A DNA stretch of 64,000 nucleotides, taken from NCBI GenBank assembly GCA_002104905.1, contig MCFE01000053.1:124001-188000 (forward strand), written 5' to 3'. The position numbers and the translations under genes are program-made. Below are positions 48,563 through 61,372 of the stretch, in pieces; position 1 is the first letter of the stretch; each line of letters starts with the position of its first letter. The notes beneath the pieces are model-generated. The model did not search any database. It was not told where the DNA came from and worked only from the letters and a program-made list of their open reading frames with translations. Origin of the DNA: Basidiobolus meristosporus CBS 931.73. Its lineage: Eukaryota > Fungi > Basidiobolomycota.

Positions 48563-49324
48563 TTACCAAATTTGCACTCCTTCATCAAAATACCCTTCAT
48601 ACCTATGGCCAGGGATGCGTGTGGTGCGCACTGGAGTCAAGGTGGAGAGTATCTCTTTGCTAGGTTTCACCTCATCCTTACTGGGAAGACAAAACTCGAT
48701 ACATTTGCGGATGGATTTGGCTGGTCGCTTGGGCATTGCGGTAACCTCCGACTCATTCCCTTCGCTGTCAGAAGATTGCAACATTACCGAAAGCAACGAT
48801 ACTCTTTTTTGTGGCGCGCTACTGGGGCAGACTTTGTTGAAACACAGTCCAGATCTGTTCGAGCTCATCTTCGGTGTACCATGTTGTTTAAACGGAGCGC
48901 GGGTTTGATCCTTCTGTGATACGAACCCTTTGGGAGGTGGGCTGAAATACACCTTTTGATCTCTTCTTGAGATCTGAGAAACCAACTCCGCGGCATCATC
49001 CTCGCTAGAGCAGGCCATTAATCCAGGCATGGGGACGAGATCATCATATTCGTTTATAAAACTCATTAGTTTCATCTCAGTATCGGAACCAGCAGCAGCC
49101 ATGATGCGCTCGAACCCAGTCATGTTGCGAGTGTCGTCAGCACACAATGTTGAGCAACTGCTGTAAGTAGATTGTCGGTTGGGTTCAGAAGTCTCCCGAG
49201 TAGCTCGGACTCTCTTCTGAGGAGTTTTTACGCTGCCTTTGCAAGTATATACAGAGGGTGACTTGTGTACAGCGGTGGAAGGTTGTGGGGAGTTGAGCGC
49301 CAAAGTATCGCTTTTAATGGCCAT
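48563..49324 (-). CDS. Hypothetical low-complexity protein (253 aa)
   Basis: Uninterrupted Ser/Pro/Lys-rich ORF in a gene-sized gap, ending YEGYFDEGVQIW*. No family recognised. Confidence 0.6.
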   Translation of the reverse strand: MAIKSDTLALNSPQPSTAVHKSPSVYTCKGSVKTPQKRVRATRETSEPNRQSTYSSCSTLCADDTRNMTGFERIMAAAGSDTEMKLMSFINEYDDLVPMPGLMACSSEDDAAELVSQISRRDQKVYFSPPPKGFVSQKDQTRAPFKQHGTPKMSSNRSGLCFNKVCPSSAPQKRVSLLSVMLQSSDSEGNESEVTAMPKRPAKSIRKCIEFCLPSKDEVKPSKEILSTLTPVRTTRIPGHRYEGYFDEGVQIW

Positions 49325-50469
49325 TTTCAACGGAGTGATATTATAAGAGAAGCTTTACAAAAGGGTCGAGAGTGAATTTACAACTGTGAATCTACAAAAT
49401 AAATAAGCGGCGGGGGAGTCGAACGGTTGTTGCGAGAAGCGAGGGGCGGCTGTATACTTTGTGTGGTAGCGGTTTGCGCGCGCAAAGTTAACGTCTGTTG
49501 TCAAGAATATGCACGAGTGAACAGAAACGAAATAAACTAGGTGCCAATTTGAGTTAATATACAAAAAAGCCCAGGATCTAGCCAACGTTAATGGGGAGCA
49601 TTTTGGCCCAAATGGAGCGGTTACATTACGATCGATTGAAATATTGTTATGCCCAAATATGTACGTACCTTAACAAACCAATGACATCAGAGAAGTGTAT
49701 ATATGTTTATGTTCCATTGAGAAAGATGCGTTTCTTCTAGACTTGACTGGCTGTGTTAATCGTTTCTCACAATCGATCAAGTCAATCAAAATCACGCATA
49801 CCACAGAATTTACAAATATAGCAATTCGTATTAGCACATGCTATGGAAGGGGCATAAATTGAGTGAGACTGGGTGTATTATGCTGTCGGAGGATCAGGCA
49901 TTGAACACACTTCAGCCACCCCAATATTCTCCTAAATGTTAACAATAGCATTGCAAAGCTGGGAATGCTAGCCAAGTTTGATTCAAGTTCAGGTGACATG
50001 ATGGTCAAGTTAGACTTCATAGACTAGCCAAGGTGTATGGGTAGAGGGAAATGGCGTGTCTAGAAGTGATTCACACGCGAAACGCCGTGGGGTAGAAACC
50101 TCTAAAACGTATTTATGCTCTCCGATCACTTACATTTAGTAGGTTTCAATTTATCGAGAAAGGTAAAAGATCAATCGTCAATGCGGGGGAGTTGATATCT
50201 GGGTGAGCAAGGAGTCGCGGGGAGGAGGGTTGAGGAGAGAGATCCATGTCAGTAGTATCTGTGTAATCTCACCTGCATCTTGTATGCGGGTGGGTAGTTC
50301 AATACATTGTGTGACTAGCAGCCGTTGACTGAAGGGATGTATGGTGGAGAAACAGCCATGGAAGATGTATGTATTACGATATCACTACTCCTTTGATTGT
50401 TTCTGTATTTTTATATAATCCATGTGAATCTATTTAATCGTATTTGAGAGATAGAGGTGCACAGAGCGG

Positions 50470-51194
50470 CGATACTTGGCATTTTGGCATAGCCACTCAA
50501 GTCCCTCACACAGCCCTTCTCCAGTGGTGGCACACGTGGGATAAACGATCCATTTGCGCCCCTGTATCTTGTGTAGTTCGAGCACCTCGGGAGTTTTGCT
50601 CGGTGACATGGCTAGATAAAGTCAAAAGTGCTTGTGCATTATAATCGCTTAGCTAGTTAGCTCCGTACCTGCGGGAAGGTCTTACTTGTTGGCAAGTAAT
50701 AACAAAAGACAGCTTTTCATTTCTTAATCGCTTAGAATTCGATGCAATTCTTGCCGTGCTTCAACAATACGATCCTGATCATACGAATCCAAGAGTCCCG
50801 GCATAGTAGTATCGCCATAATGGCCGGATATGGTCTTGTCCGCCAACATCCTACGGCAATCTGATAGTTTTGATGCACTCAAGTAATGGTTTTCCCTTCT
50901 CAGCGGGCAATCTCACCCAGACATTGAGTTTTTCATTCTTGTACGATACAGTCTCTATCAAACCCAACAGTTGGGATGATCCGGACTATCTGATTCAGCT
51001 TGAGCTTATAGAGAATGGCTATGGTGCACGAAGGCTAGAGTCAAGGTCAACACGCTGTAGGGTTTCTCTTGTAGACTACAGGTTGAAATACGCAAGGATA
51101 CTGGTTTTCCCTGCTGCATCCAAGCCCACATCGATATACCTATCACCTTGTTCCCAAAGAACTTACTAATAATTCTTGACAGTGAAGCACTCAT
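50470..51194 (-). pseudogene. ARF6: ARF6-like small GTPase, unprocessed pseudogene
   Basis: Reconstructed SKFFGNK..I.MVGLDAAGKTTILYKLKL...[34 protein letters not shown]...DRIVEARQELHRILSD*EM...ANK*DLP...TCATTGEGLCEGLEWL. Three introns retained; frameshifts, a deletion and two premature stops. Confidence 0.88.
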
Positions 51195-51436
51195 GTCACC
51201 GAAGTGATAGAGAACGCGCAGGAGAGGTGTGCAGATATAACCTTGGTTTGGATTTGAGGGGTACCATAACCTCAAGTTATCAGCTGTGTTTGACATTTGT
51301 TTCATTGTGGGTAATTGAAATCAGGCAGTGGGAAGACTTAATCCTGAGGCGGAATCAACTGCGATGTGTTCTAGGCGTTTGGCAATTAATTTATTACAGA
51401 TATATGGCTTGCGTATAATAGATGGTATATGTGTGG

Positions 51437-52354
51437 TCATTTGAACATATTTTTGGGGGTAGAACAAGCAAAGAACTCGTATAAAAAGCCGCCAATGACT
51501 GCACCTAGAGCGGGCCCAATCCAAGGTACCCAGAAGAAGTGTTGGCCACCAACCCAAGGGATATCCCCCCAGCCTGCAATCGACATGAAGATTCTTGGTC
51601 CCATGTCACGGGCTGGGTTCATGGAATAACCTGTAAGGGAGCCGAAGCTGAGGCCAATACCAGTGATCATCATTCCAAGTGCCAATGGGGCATAGTGGGT
51701 AGCACCAGCATTGAGCTTGTCGGTGATAGCAAAGATACTGGCGGCAAAGAATGCAGTATCAACCAGTTCAGCGTAAAAGGCATTGCCTGTGGACATATGG
51801 TCTGGGAGGAAGGCTGCAAAGAGGCCGGCTGATTCGATTCCACGATGACCGTTCTCAAACTTCACAATCTGTGCGTGGAAGTAGGTGTAATTCAGCAGAG
51901 CAGCACAAAAAGCTCCCAAGACTTGAGCAATGATGTACCAGGGAACCTTCTTCCAAGGAAATCCACGGTTTACTGCCATTGTAAGGGTGATGGCTGGGTT
52001 GATGTGACCACCAGAAATGCCTGCACACATGTACAATCCCAACATGAAGCCGAATCCAACTCCCCAGCAGATGGTATTACCAACAGCAGAGTACCCGCCG
52101 ATCTCCATCTTGCATTGCTGTACTACGCCAATGATAAAGCTTACGAACACGAATGTTCCAAAGAACTCCGCAATGTATTCACGGTTAGAGGCACGGATGT
52201 TGCCCAGAGCTCCAGCGTTCAGGAACCGTTGCATGCTAGATAGGTCCTCGATGGGACTGACTTTGCCAGGGAGATCTTGGTTCAGCTGATCATGAGAGAC
52301 CTTGATGGTGGCAGAAGAGCTGTTGTCAGGTATAGTGATGTGTTGGTCAGTCAT
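51437..52354 (-). CDS. Aquaglyceroporin (MIP family), intronless
   Basis: AEFFGTF, SGGHINPAIT and second NPA followed by Asp (MNPARDMGPR), the glycerol-facilitator signature. TATAAAAG lies ~55 bp upstream of the ATG at 52354. Confidence 0.93.
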   Translation of the reverse strand: MTDQHITIPDNSSSATIKVSHDQLNQDLPGKVSPIEDLSSMQRFLNAGALGNIRASNREYIAEFFGTFVFVSFIIGVVQQCKMEIGGYSAVGNTICWGVGFGFMLGLYMCAGISGGHINPAITLTMAVNRGFPWKKVPWYIIAQVLGAFCAALLNYTYFHAQIVKFENGHRGIESAGLFAAFLPDHMSTGNAFYAELVDTAFFAASIFAITDKLNAGATHYAPLALGMMITGIGLSFGSLTGYSMNPARDMGPRIFMSIAGWGDIPWVGGQHFFWVPWIGPALGAVIGGFLYEFFACSTPKNMFK

Positions 52355-53899
52355 TGCTGTTGTGGATGTATCAATGCTTGCGGTGTAGAGTTTGAGCGTC
52401 TTTCCCTCCACTTTTATAATCCCCGCGTCCTCATTTGGTTGAATCTACTGGCGTTGATAGTCTAAGCAATTTAGCGAATTTCCCCAAGGTTTGTCCAGGA
52501 TTAGCTCAAGTTCGCTTGCTAGGCTTATTTTTCACTCGTTACATCATTCCTTGACCGTGTTGTATTCGACCTGATGAATTCTATTGGTTTTTTATAGCAC
52601 TACTAGGCGTAGAATTTCCATCCAGCGTTAATTTTTCTAATCCAGGGGAACCAATGGTATATGCTATGACCTTCAAGCTAATGCGTTTTTAGTGGCGCGC
52701 TCCTTAAGCTACAAATGAATCTGACCATAATGGAAATAACGATACATGATTTGCTTGAAAGGATGTTTATCTTCTTTACTTGCTCTGAATTGGTTACCAA
52801 GCCGCTGGCGTATCGTGGATTTCTTTAAATGTTACCATTCACTTGGCAACCTCGCTTTGAACCATCTAACTTTAGCAAGCCAAACATAGTAAGCAAATCG
52901 CCTCTTGATACGCACCCCATTCGGCTTTTGGGGACCGACTGATTTCTCGATCTCGGCTTTTTATACTTAGTATGATCAAACGATCAGTAATAGGTATGTT
53001 TAGTTAAGCACCATTTTAAGTTTACTCTCGGATATTTGGCTAATATCTCACGAACTAGATTGAAAGTCAATTGTGCAGAATCCAGCCATTATCAAAGCTA
53101 GTGAAGCCCTGGGTGTATTCAAAATCCTCAGTCCCAACTAGAAGACCCCAAGATCCACACGTATCTCCAGAGACCTTGTCTGAAAACTCCTTTTCGTTGT
53201 TTCTGCAATAGCTCAGAAGTGCAGTACTGCATTGAACTCAAAACCAACCTGTGAATAATATATAAATCTTCTAGCTTTCCATACCCCTTTCTGCACTCTC
53301 CAAACACTTGCAACCAAATTAAATTTCGGATTAACTTGCCTATAATTATGAAAGAAGTGCTCAGTGCTTAAGATTACTTTCGATTCTTCAATATCCTGAC
53401 AATTCTTAGGAGCTGTCAATACACATTCTAAATGTAAGCATCATATATAAAAGTTGTTTGGGCTGGACCAGCTATTGGATACATGTTTTCCCCATATTTA
53501 TCAATTGTGAGGTATATGGTCATTAAAAACTTGAGCTTGAAGTGCAGCTGACCATGAGTTGTGCTATAGTGATCCACACCATGTTGTAATCTCATATAAC
53601 TACACACATACTTTGATTTTGCGCATGTGGAATTTTGGGAGTTCTCTGAAAAGATAGAGATGGCTAAGATCTATATTATGTATCTCTCCACACTAATTAT
53701 CAATACTAAGTCATACTATAGAAGCTTACCATTTACTTGATGGTTGGTGCTTGAGAATCACTTGGAGAATAGGGGCTCACAATTTATTAATCACTAATCT
53801 GAAGTCAAAATTGTTGATAAAATGGCTTCTGAACTTTACAGTTGCCCCACAAAAGAACTTTCAATTACTTTTTGCTGGTCTTCCGGTCACGACTGTTGT

Positions 53900-54250
53900 A
53901 AGCTTCTTAATTACACCTAAATATTTGCCCAACTTGGTCATTTAGATCATTGTCTACAAATCTTAGAGAGTTCTGGCCATATTCCTTGTTAGGATTTACT
54001 TGGAATATTTTCACCAAAACATCAGGTACCCAGAATATGAAATTTTGTTAAGTTGTCCAAATAGCCCCAAAATTTGCACACATGTTCTTGGAACCTTTCT
54101 AAGCATATTCTATGTGTTAATACTTGCCAAGACCATGTAAAAGTATAAATACTACTTTTACATTCAATAAATCATTAAGTGAAAACCACATAATCTACTT
54201 GTTCTCCCAATCACTTCCAATATCTCCAAAACTCTTAGAACAACATGTTG
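53900..54250 (-). repeat. Degenerate dispersed repeat, copy 1 (homologous to ~59995-60335 and to 63935-64000)
   Basis: Shared strings include GCCAAGACCATGTAAAAGTATA, CAATAAATCATTAAG and TTGTTCTCCCAATCACT. Many stops in all frames. Confidence 0.75.
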
Positions 54251-55420
54251 CTTCTAACCTTACAGAATTTCGGTAATATACATAGCATATGAACAGCGTA
54301 TCCAGAATAGCCTACCCTACCAATGCCCCTAACCATGACTGTTGGTGCTCGTAGCTTCATCAAAGCTTAAATATATTCCATTCCAAGTATAACGTTTCTT
54401 CTTCGAGGGGTTGTAAATAATGGCACATGAATACTACGTGATGAGAGTAAACGGTTAAATTGGGCATTTGCATTGTAAATCAACCGGAAACATGGATGAT
54501 GAGCTTAGTACTCACTCCAAATCTCAGGATCGCTACTCGGTGAAATAATCTTGAAGAGTAAGAGCTGTAGAGTCCATGATGACCTCTTTGGCAATTAAGT
54601 GATACCCCTCCCCATATTGGACACTCTACCTAACCTAATGGGAGATTGCCACGATGTTGATATGCATGTTGGTGAAAGAAGGGGGTATTATGTAATTTAG
54701 GTAAGGTTACATAGGCATGGTTACATCAACAAGAAATGGCAAACCCGAAGAATTCGGTGGGATCATCTGACCGAACAACACGCTGATGGGAACCAGGCCT
54801 CTCCTTGTCGCTTACAAAACCCACCCACTCAATCTGTCGTCGGATTGGTGGATGTAGCGGGAGCATGGGGTGTAGTGCAAAGACCAATCTTGGGTCTAGA
54901 TGCCAGGAATTGATACACTGCAGGGAGGCGGATTCAAGTTTGCCACTCAGATCTAGATGAATCAATGGGAAACGGTGGGAACAACTGAATCCGAATAGCT
55001 AAATCATTTGGTAATCAGTGATCCGGACTCTTTATGGCCTCTGTACAACGCTTGTCGCAATAATCCCGAGGTTTTCACCAATGATAACTCCATGGTTCCC
55101 GATAAGCCCGTAGGCACAAATAGCTGCCGTGCTAGATCCTTAGCTTGAGTAACCTAGCTGTCACAAACACGCAACTCAGATGCGGAAAAATGGCTAATTT
55201 CAATGGTTTAATGTGAAGTTCTAAGGAAAAGTACAGAGATGTTACAGTGAAAGTGATCGATTAATTGGCAAATAAATCATCAAAAATTGATGTTGTATCT
55301 CAAGTAAGTATACAGGTGGACGTCAAGAAGGGAAGACTGATGATGACTATGTACATGCACATACGTTAAGAAACAGAATCCTCGCTACAAAAGTATTTAG
55401 TCAAGAGCGAGCAAAATACT

Positions 55421-56749
55421 TCAGTGACAAGTGGCGGAGAAGTGCGGTATATTTCGCTCTCTTAGATACGAGCCAAATAGCGTGTCAAATGACTGCTCTT
55501 CATCTTTGGTGAATGAGGGTCTTCTCCATGGAATATCATCGCTTGGATTGGGCCAAAACTCCAACCGACGCTCCTTAAATATCTCCTCTATCTCTCTAGG
55601 CACTGATAGGGGCTTGAAGGCCTCCGTTCCAGCTTGTATAGTCGGGGAATTGTCGGATTTTGAATCCGACTCCGAATTGGAGCTTAAAATGGAGAGACTC
55701 CGACCAACCCCGTCGGTAGAGAGCCGCTTCGATGCAGGTGTGTGATATTCAGCGAAGGAGGATATTCTGCGATGCTGTGAGGGAAAGCTTACATCCTCTA
55801 ATGATTTTCGTTTTACTGGATTACTTTCGATAGAGTCCTCAGAATTATGGCGTCTGTAGAGGAAATACGTTAGCACTTTGGTTGGCACATAGCATACACT
55901 ACGTGGAAATTGCTTACACTTTGGACCGATGTTCTTTGCGAATTCGGATCCGCACTCCTTGATCGGAGAAGGATCTGGAAAGAAAAGTAGACTCAGCCAT
56001 GCCCGGGAACAACTTGGGCGGATAGACTGTGAAAACATCAGAGTAGGCTGTTGCTAAAGGGACGGCACTTTGACTGCAAATCGAAGATTAGCATAGTGAA
56101 ACCTCGAAGCTAACAGCTTCATGTCTTACCTGATTATCTCAAAAAGGCTGAATTGAAGTCGAAATTGACCTTCGACACGGACGGACACGTCAGAGAACAC
56201 AAAAAACCCGCCATCTATTTTGGTATGTTAGTCGATAGTAAATCGAGCCTTTAGCTATCAGATTGTCTAATTACCAGTATTGTCGACATCTTTCAGCTTG
56301 TATAGGGATGATGCTAGCGTGCCTGTAAGGCTTCTGGGTGACAGTTGCGTGGTATCGGATGGGTTCGCTGGCACTAAGCTAGCGTACATTACGAAATATG
56401 GATTCTGTAGATAATCACTTGAAAATCATTTGGTTAGCAATCATCCCTAAAATTACGCAATATCATATGAAATACATACTCATTATCTTCATAGCCGTCG
56501 ACTTTGATCTGAACTATAGGCGGGGGATCGATAGGTCTACGGTCCACTTTTTCCTTTGAGCTGCACAAACGTGCTTGCTTGGGTTGTTGGCGCACGATGA
56601 GAGAGTAAGATCTATATTTGAATTAACTAAGCTGGCTATGGTACAACCTTTGAAATAAAACCCGCTTACCCTCCGGGCTGATATCCAAGGCTCTCGAGGT
56701 CAGGAAGGAATTTGTATCCGTTCGTAGCAATGGGGTGTGATTTTGCCAT
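55421..56749 (-). CDS. Velvet-domain transcription factor, VosA-like, 6 exons
   Basis: Spliced [15 protein letters not shown]...[13 protein letters not shown]...[13 protein letters not shown]...[44 protein letters not shown]...[26 protein letters not shown]. Five GT-AG introns keep the frame open. Confidence 0.92.
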
Positions 56750-59700
56750 ATTCGATATGCTATGTGGATAGTATTATTACAGGGTGCAAAGAGTAGCACT
56801 TGGTATGGATATGAGAAGCACACTAGGTGATATGGTGATAAAATGTGATAGCCAGATATCACAGAGATTTTTATGAGCAAGGAAGTTAAACTTGGATAGT
56901 TTAGGGTGCCTTTGTTAGAATAGAGTTGGGTGATTGAAGATACCCGCTTGCGGATGGGTTCACGAAAGGTGTAGAAATAGGAAATAACTGGAAATAACTG
57001 AAAACCATGCGTCCTGACACCCTTTTATATGTCTTCAGATCCCGACCCAGAAAACTCCGGCAATTCGTGACCATACAAAAATGATTCAACCAGCACATCG
57101 TAGATTTCAGCTGGAGTTTGTCAAAATAAATGAATATAGCAAAATGGGGAGCTAGAAAAAGGAAAAAAGGAAAAAAGATCGGATGAAGTAGATCCAATAG
57201 CCATAGTCATCTCCACTAATGGCAAGTACGCTTTGCTTGATTAGGAACGTTGTCTTTGTCGATGATTTAGGCTTAAATCCTTAGTCAGAGCGATGGACAT
57301 CCAAATCAAGAATTTCCCCATGATTTCTTGACAAATAAAAATAGATCGAAGGAATCTTTAATCTTCATCATTGCACTGAGAGAAACAGACTAAATTCAGC
57401 TTTGTAACCGTGAGTTTTATAATTACGAGAATACACACACCATTGGCCGATTACCTTGAAACTATATTAGTTCATGATAAAGCCGGAATCAGGATGTCGG
57501 ATATTTTACTGGATTTATCATTGGACATGGTGTGGTGATCAACACCCTCACTACATCACTGCCATACTGGGGCGGTCTCGGGTAGTCGAGTAGCTAGACA
57601 AGTGTCCTAGTATATGTCACTTCGGTCACGGAGTTATCCCTCGTTGCCAGTCCTGATCACGCACAACCACAAGGAGCCAATCTTCAAAAAGGAAACGTTA
57701 TCCAACTTATTCACATGGGCTTGCCTCGTCTTAGAGTTGATGCCAAGTCAAATAAATTGCTGGGTTCTGGAATCTAGGGTCTCCAAATGGCGTTGACCTC
57801 CCAAACTAAATCCTTAACTGCTGCACTGTGTTCTGGCTCTCACTTGACCTCCGGTTAACATTATCACAAGTCGATCATTTGGTGTGTTGGCTCACCCGAT
57901 CTCTCCCGGCTTGATCCAGAAATTAGGTGGATATTGTAATCATGGCCCTCTCTGGCTGAACTTCAGCAACGATCAAGCTCTGGACTGGGTCATGCCATTA
58001 AGGTATAAGTTATAGATAGGTCAGCCATCCACGCTGAGGTTAAATCCGAAGACCATGGGGTTTCATGAGATACAGGGCATGAAGTATCTGTAGAGATTGA
58101 TTGACGTAACTACAGCGTCTTATTGTCACCCTGATTCATACCCAAATGAAGCGCGATCCCAATTAATCCCCTTGATTCGACACGTCATAGAGTAGAATAT
58201 TTATACCGATCAGTGCGACAAATATCAAGGGTGAGATGGCTCACAAACCACGATAAACGGTAAAAAATTCCGTAAGTGGTTCATCGACTAGTAGCATTTA
58301 TCCTATTTGAATCTTTTGCCCTTAAGATATCGTGAATTCCACTGAGATAGGGAGAGACATTGCCATTTATGTACACAGAAGATCTTTCTCTCACTCACGG
58401 CTATTAGTCATCCGGGAAGGAACCGAAAATGCTTATTCAACTAGCATCTTAGATTAGGATTATACAGGATCGCTTGAATTGCTTCCACCCGCCGGAAAGA
58501 CTTTTCCGGATTTTTTTCAGAACTTCTGCGTATTCCGATTATATGGGTCCTCATGGACTCTGCCGCGATTGGCTCGGATATAAATCGTTGGTCCCAAGTT
58601 TATCCTTGACTGAATTGATATCCTGTACTTCGGGTGACCTTGGAAGCTTGTATATTAACATAGGTCAGGGTGGATATAGATTATTACGTTGAATGCTTTG
58701 TTTTATTATTATTACGTTGGATGCTTTGTTTCATTATGGTCGCAGCTTTGATGTGAAAGGGGCTAAATAATCCTGCTTCTCGGTGGATCCAGGCTCTGGT
58801 TGATATGCTCTACTTGTTCAAATTCTTCGAAAGCTGGGGTAGTGATTGTTTTATGCTCTCTCATGTATTGGGGCTGGTTATTCAGGATCGCGCGGAACCA
58901 TTGGCTCGTCTGCTCATAAATGGTAGTTTGTACGAGATGTTTCAACATACTCCTTCTGATCACTGACTATTTATAAGGTTATTATAAAATTGATTGCATC
59001 AATAAAACCCCCTATGCACTGACTTCAAGTCTGCCGGCATCATCACATATGTGCATGATCCTCCATACTTCACATATGTATACATCGATATGCATTACTG
59101 GATTTTGGAAAGATGCTTATTAGCAATCGATAGAGCGTTAATAGGACCTATGATGAGTCCAGTAATTGAGGGTTCCTACAGGTTTCCTTGCTTGGAGTCT
59201 AGGCCCAAAAATGGTCTTTGCACTCCCCCTGGCCCTGGATCATCACCGCCCTTACAGGATTTTACTGAGCGTACAAGATACAGCTTGGTAAGTATTTGAT
59301 TTTACCGCCACGTTAGAACTTTCTTAAATGCGATGATTGGTAGTGAGCGTTGTAGCTATTTCTGCCAATCAATTATCGGTATTCGGCGAAAACCCTACTG
59401 AATATAATTTTCTTGCATTGAAGTTAACCTTTTGGTGCTTCAATTTAAATATAACTAAGTTATTTTATTGAACCATCACTGCATTGATAAAGAGATGGTT
59501 GCTTCATTCCTTAGTTTCTGCATCCGTTAGGTTTTCTTCAACTCAGTAAATTATAGTGCACCATCTTGATCATTGTATCCTCCTCTAATTACAAGACAGA
59601 CAGTTGCATTCAGAGTATGATATACAGCATTGTTGGGATATTCTCAGAAGCTATTTCATAGCCAATATTTCTGATGGATACCATCAGCATACTGTAGCTC

Positions 59701-59994
59701 AGCAAAAATCCTCCATGGATAAAATTTATTAAAGGATGTTGTTGAATATAGACATTTCCGCCTCAACCCCCCTGTATATGCCAAGTATGAAGCTCAGATA
59801 CTATCTTTTCATTAGTTGTGAGCAATACAATGTTTATCCAAGAGCGGGGTGGAGTTATGGCTCCATTTGAATTTAATTTGGATAGGAGTTATAAGTAAGA
59901 ATCAAATACAAGTTTGAAACTGCTACTATATAAGCAACAGGTTTAGCAATATTTGTTTGAGACTAATATCAAAGGCCAGGTAGATATTGTTGCA

Positions 59995-60335
59995 AGCTTG
60001 TGTAATTACATCTAAATATTCCATCAACTTGCTTGAATTATAGTCTAGAAATCTTGAAATATTTTGCTCAAATTCCTTGTTGGGGCTTATTTGAAATGTT
60101 TTACCAAAATATCAGGTATCCAGTTCATGAAGACCGGCAGAGTTATCCAAAGGCCTCCAACTTTTGCACACATATTCTTGAGACCTTCCTAAACGTACTT
60201 TAAATGTTTATTTTGCCAAGACCATGTAAAAGTATACGCACCACTTTTATATTCAATAAATCATTAAGGGAAAACTACATAATCTGCTTGTTCTCCCAAT
60301 CACTGCCAATATCTTCAAAATGCTTACAACAGATA
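59995..60335 (-). repeat. Degenerate dispersed repeat, copy 2
   Basis: Colinear with 53900-54250 in the same orientation, roughly three-quarters identical by eye. Confidence 0.75.
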
Positions 60336-61372
60336 TTACTATAAGGCTTGTTGGGAACTTTAGAAAATATAAGCCATATCTAATTCTGTTGAGATTTATG
60401 ACATTTGGTTATTGCTAGTGATTGCATCGATATCAAAAAACACAAACAGTTAGGCCTCAAATTATGAGCAAGTTGGTGAGACATAAACCATCAAGCCAGC
60501 TTCCTAAGATGTCAAGCACTACACAACTGCGATGATATGGTTGTTGCGATAGAAGAATCCTACCCTACTTCGAATCAATGACCTGCCAACAAACCTCACG
60601 GGCACCAATAATGCACCCTATACTTATTTGCGCATGTCATCTAGTGAGTAATATTGCAGCTTTGGTAACATACAGTGAGCATTACGTATTTTACATCCAC
60701 ATTAACCATAGTGGATTAGAAATTAATTAGTAGGACAATATACTCAAATAGGACAGGAAGGTTCACACGGTAGCTGTTTATCCGGGCATTGGCAACACTG
60801 ACCTTTGACGAGATGCACAAGAACCGCCTAATTTACCGAACGCTTAGCATATTTTATATCTTCGATGGTGATGTCGCAATTGAATACCAAGCTGGATACT
60901 AGTTACACGATACTCTTACAAAGAATCCTGTTTCGGGGCAAACCTGTATAATGTTAATCATAAAGTTTCTGAGGTGCGCCTTTTATGTCTTTCTCCACGC
61001 AGTAGTCCGAGGTACCGGCCAATAAAGCCCAGAGAATATTTATGATACTGGAGATAACAGATTACCTTCTACACCAAGGCGGGAAAGATCATGAGAATCA
61101 GAAGTTATCTAGTTAACATTTTAAGTAATTTTCATGGACTTGTACAACAGTCAACGTTTCAAAGCGAGAGAATTTAGAAGATTAAACTTAATAAGCAAAG
61201 TAGGTCATGCGCATTAGGTATTAAGCTTAGTTCCACTACGGGTAAGAGACTAATAAGCAGTCACCATTTGGTTTCAAACCATCTAGTGTTGTTGCGATGT
61301 CGGAGATTTTCCGTAGAGTTGATGTTTCCTATAAATTCTGCTCTCGTTTCTTTTGCTTCTTATCATTCCAAC

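Noticed and set aside
53100-53900. AT-rich stretch as a reverse-transcriptase or KDZ-type transposon remnant
   Set aside because: Short motif-like strings (KYLGV, RQGL) are not in a coherent order and no terminal repeats or target-site duplications were seen.
58681-58740. Two ~29-bp direct repeats; also short tandem repeats at 46-70, 23407-23430 and 26960-27006
   Set aside because: Only 2-4 units with no unique spacers. Ordinary slippage repeats, not CRISPR-like.
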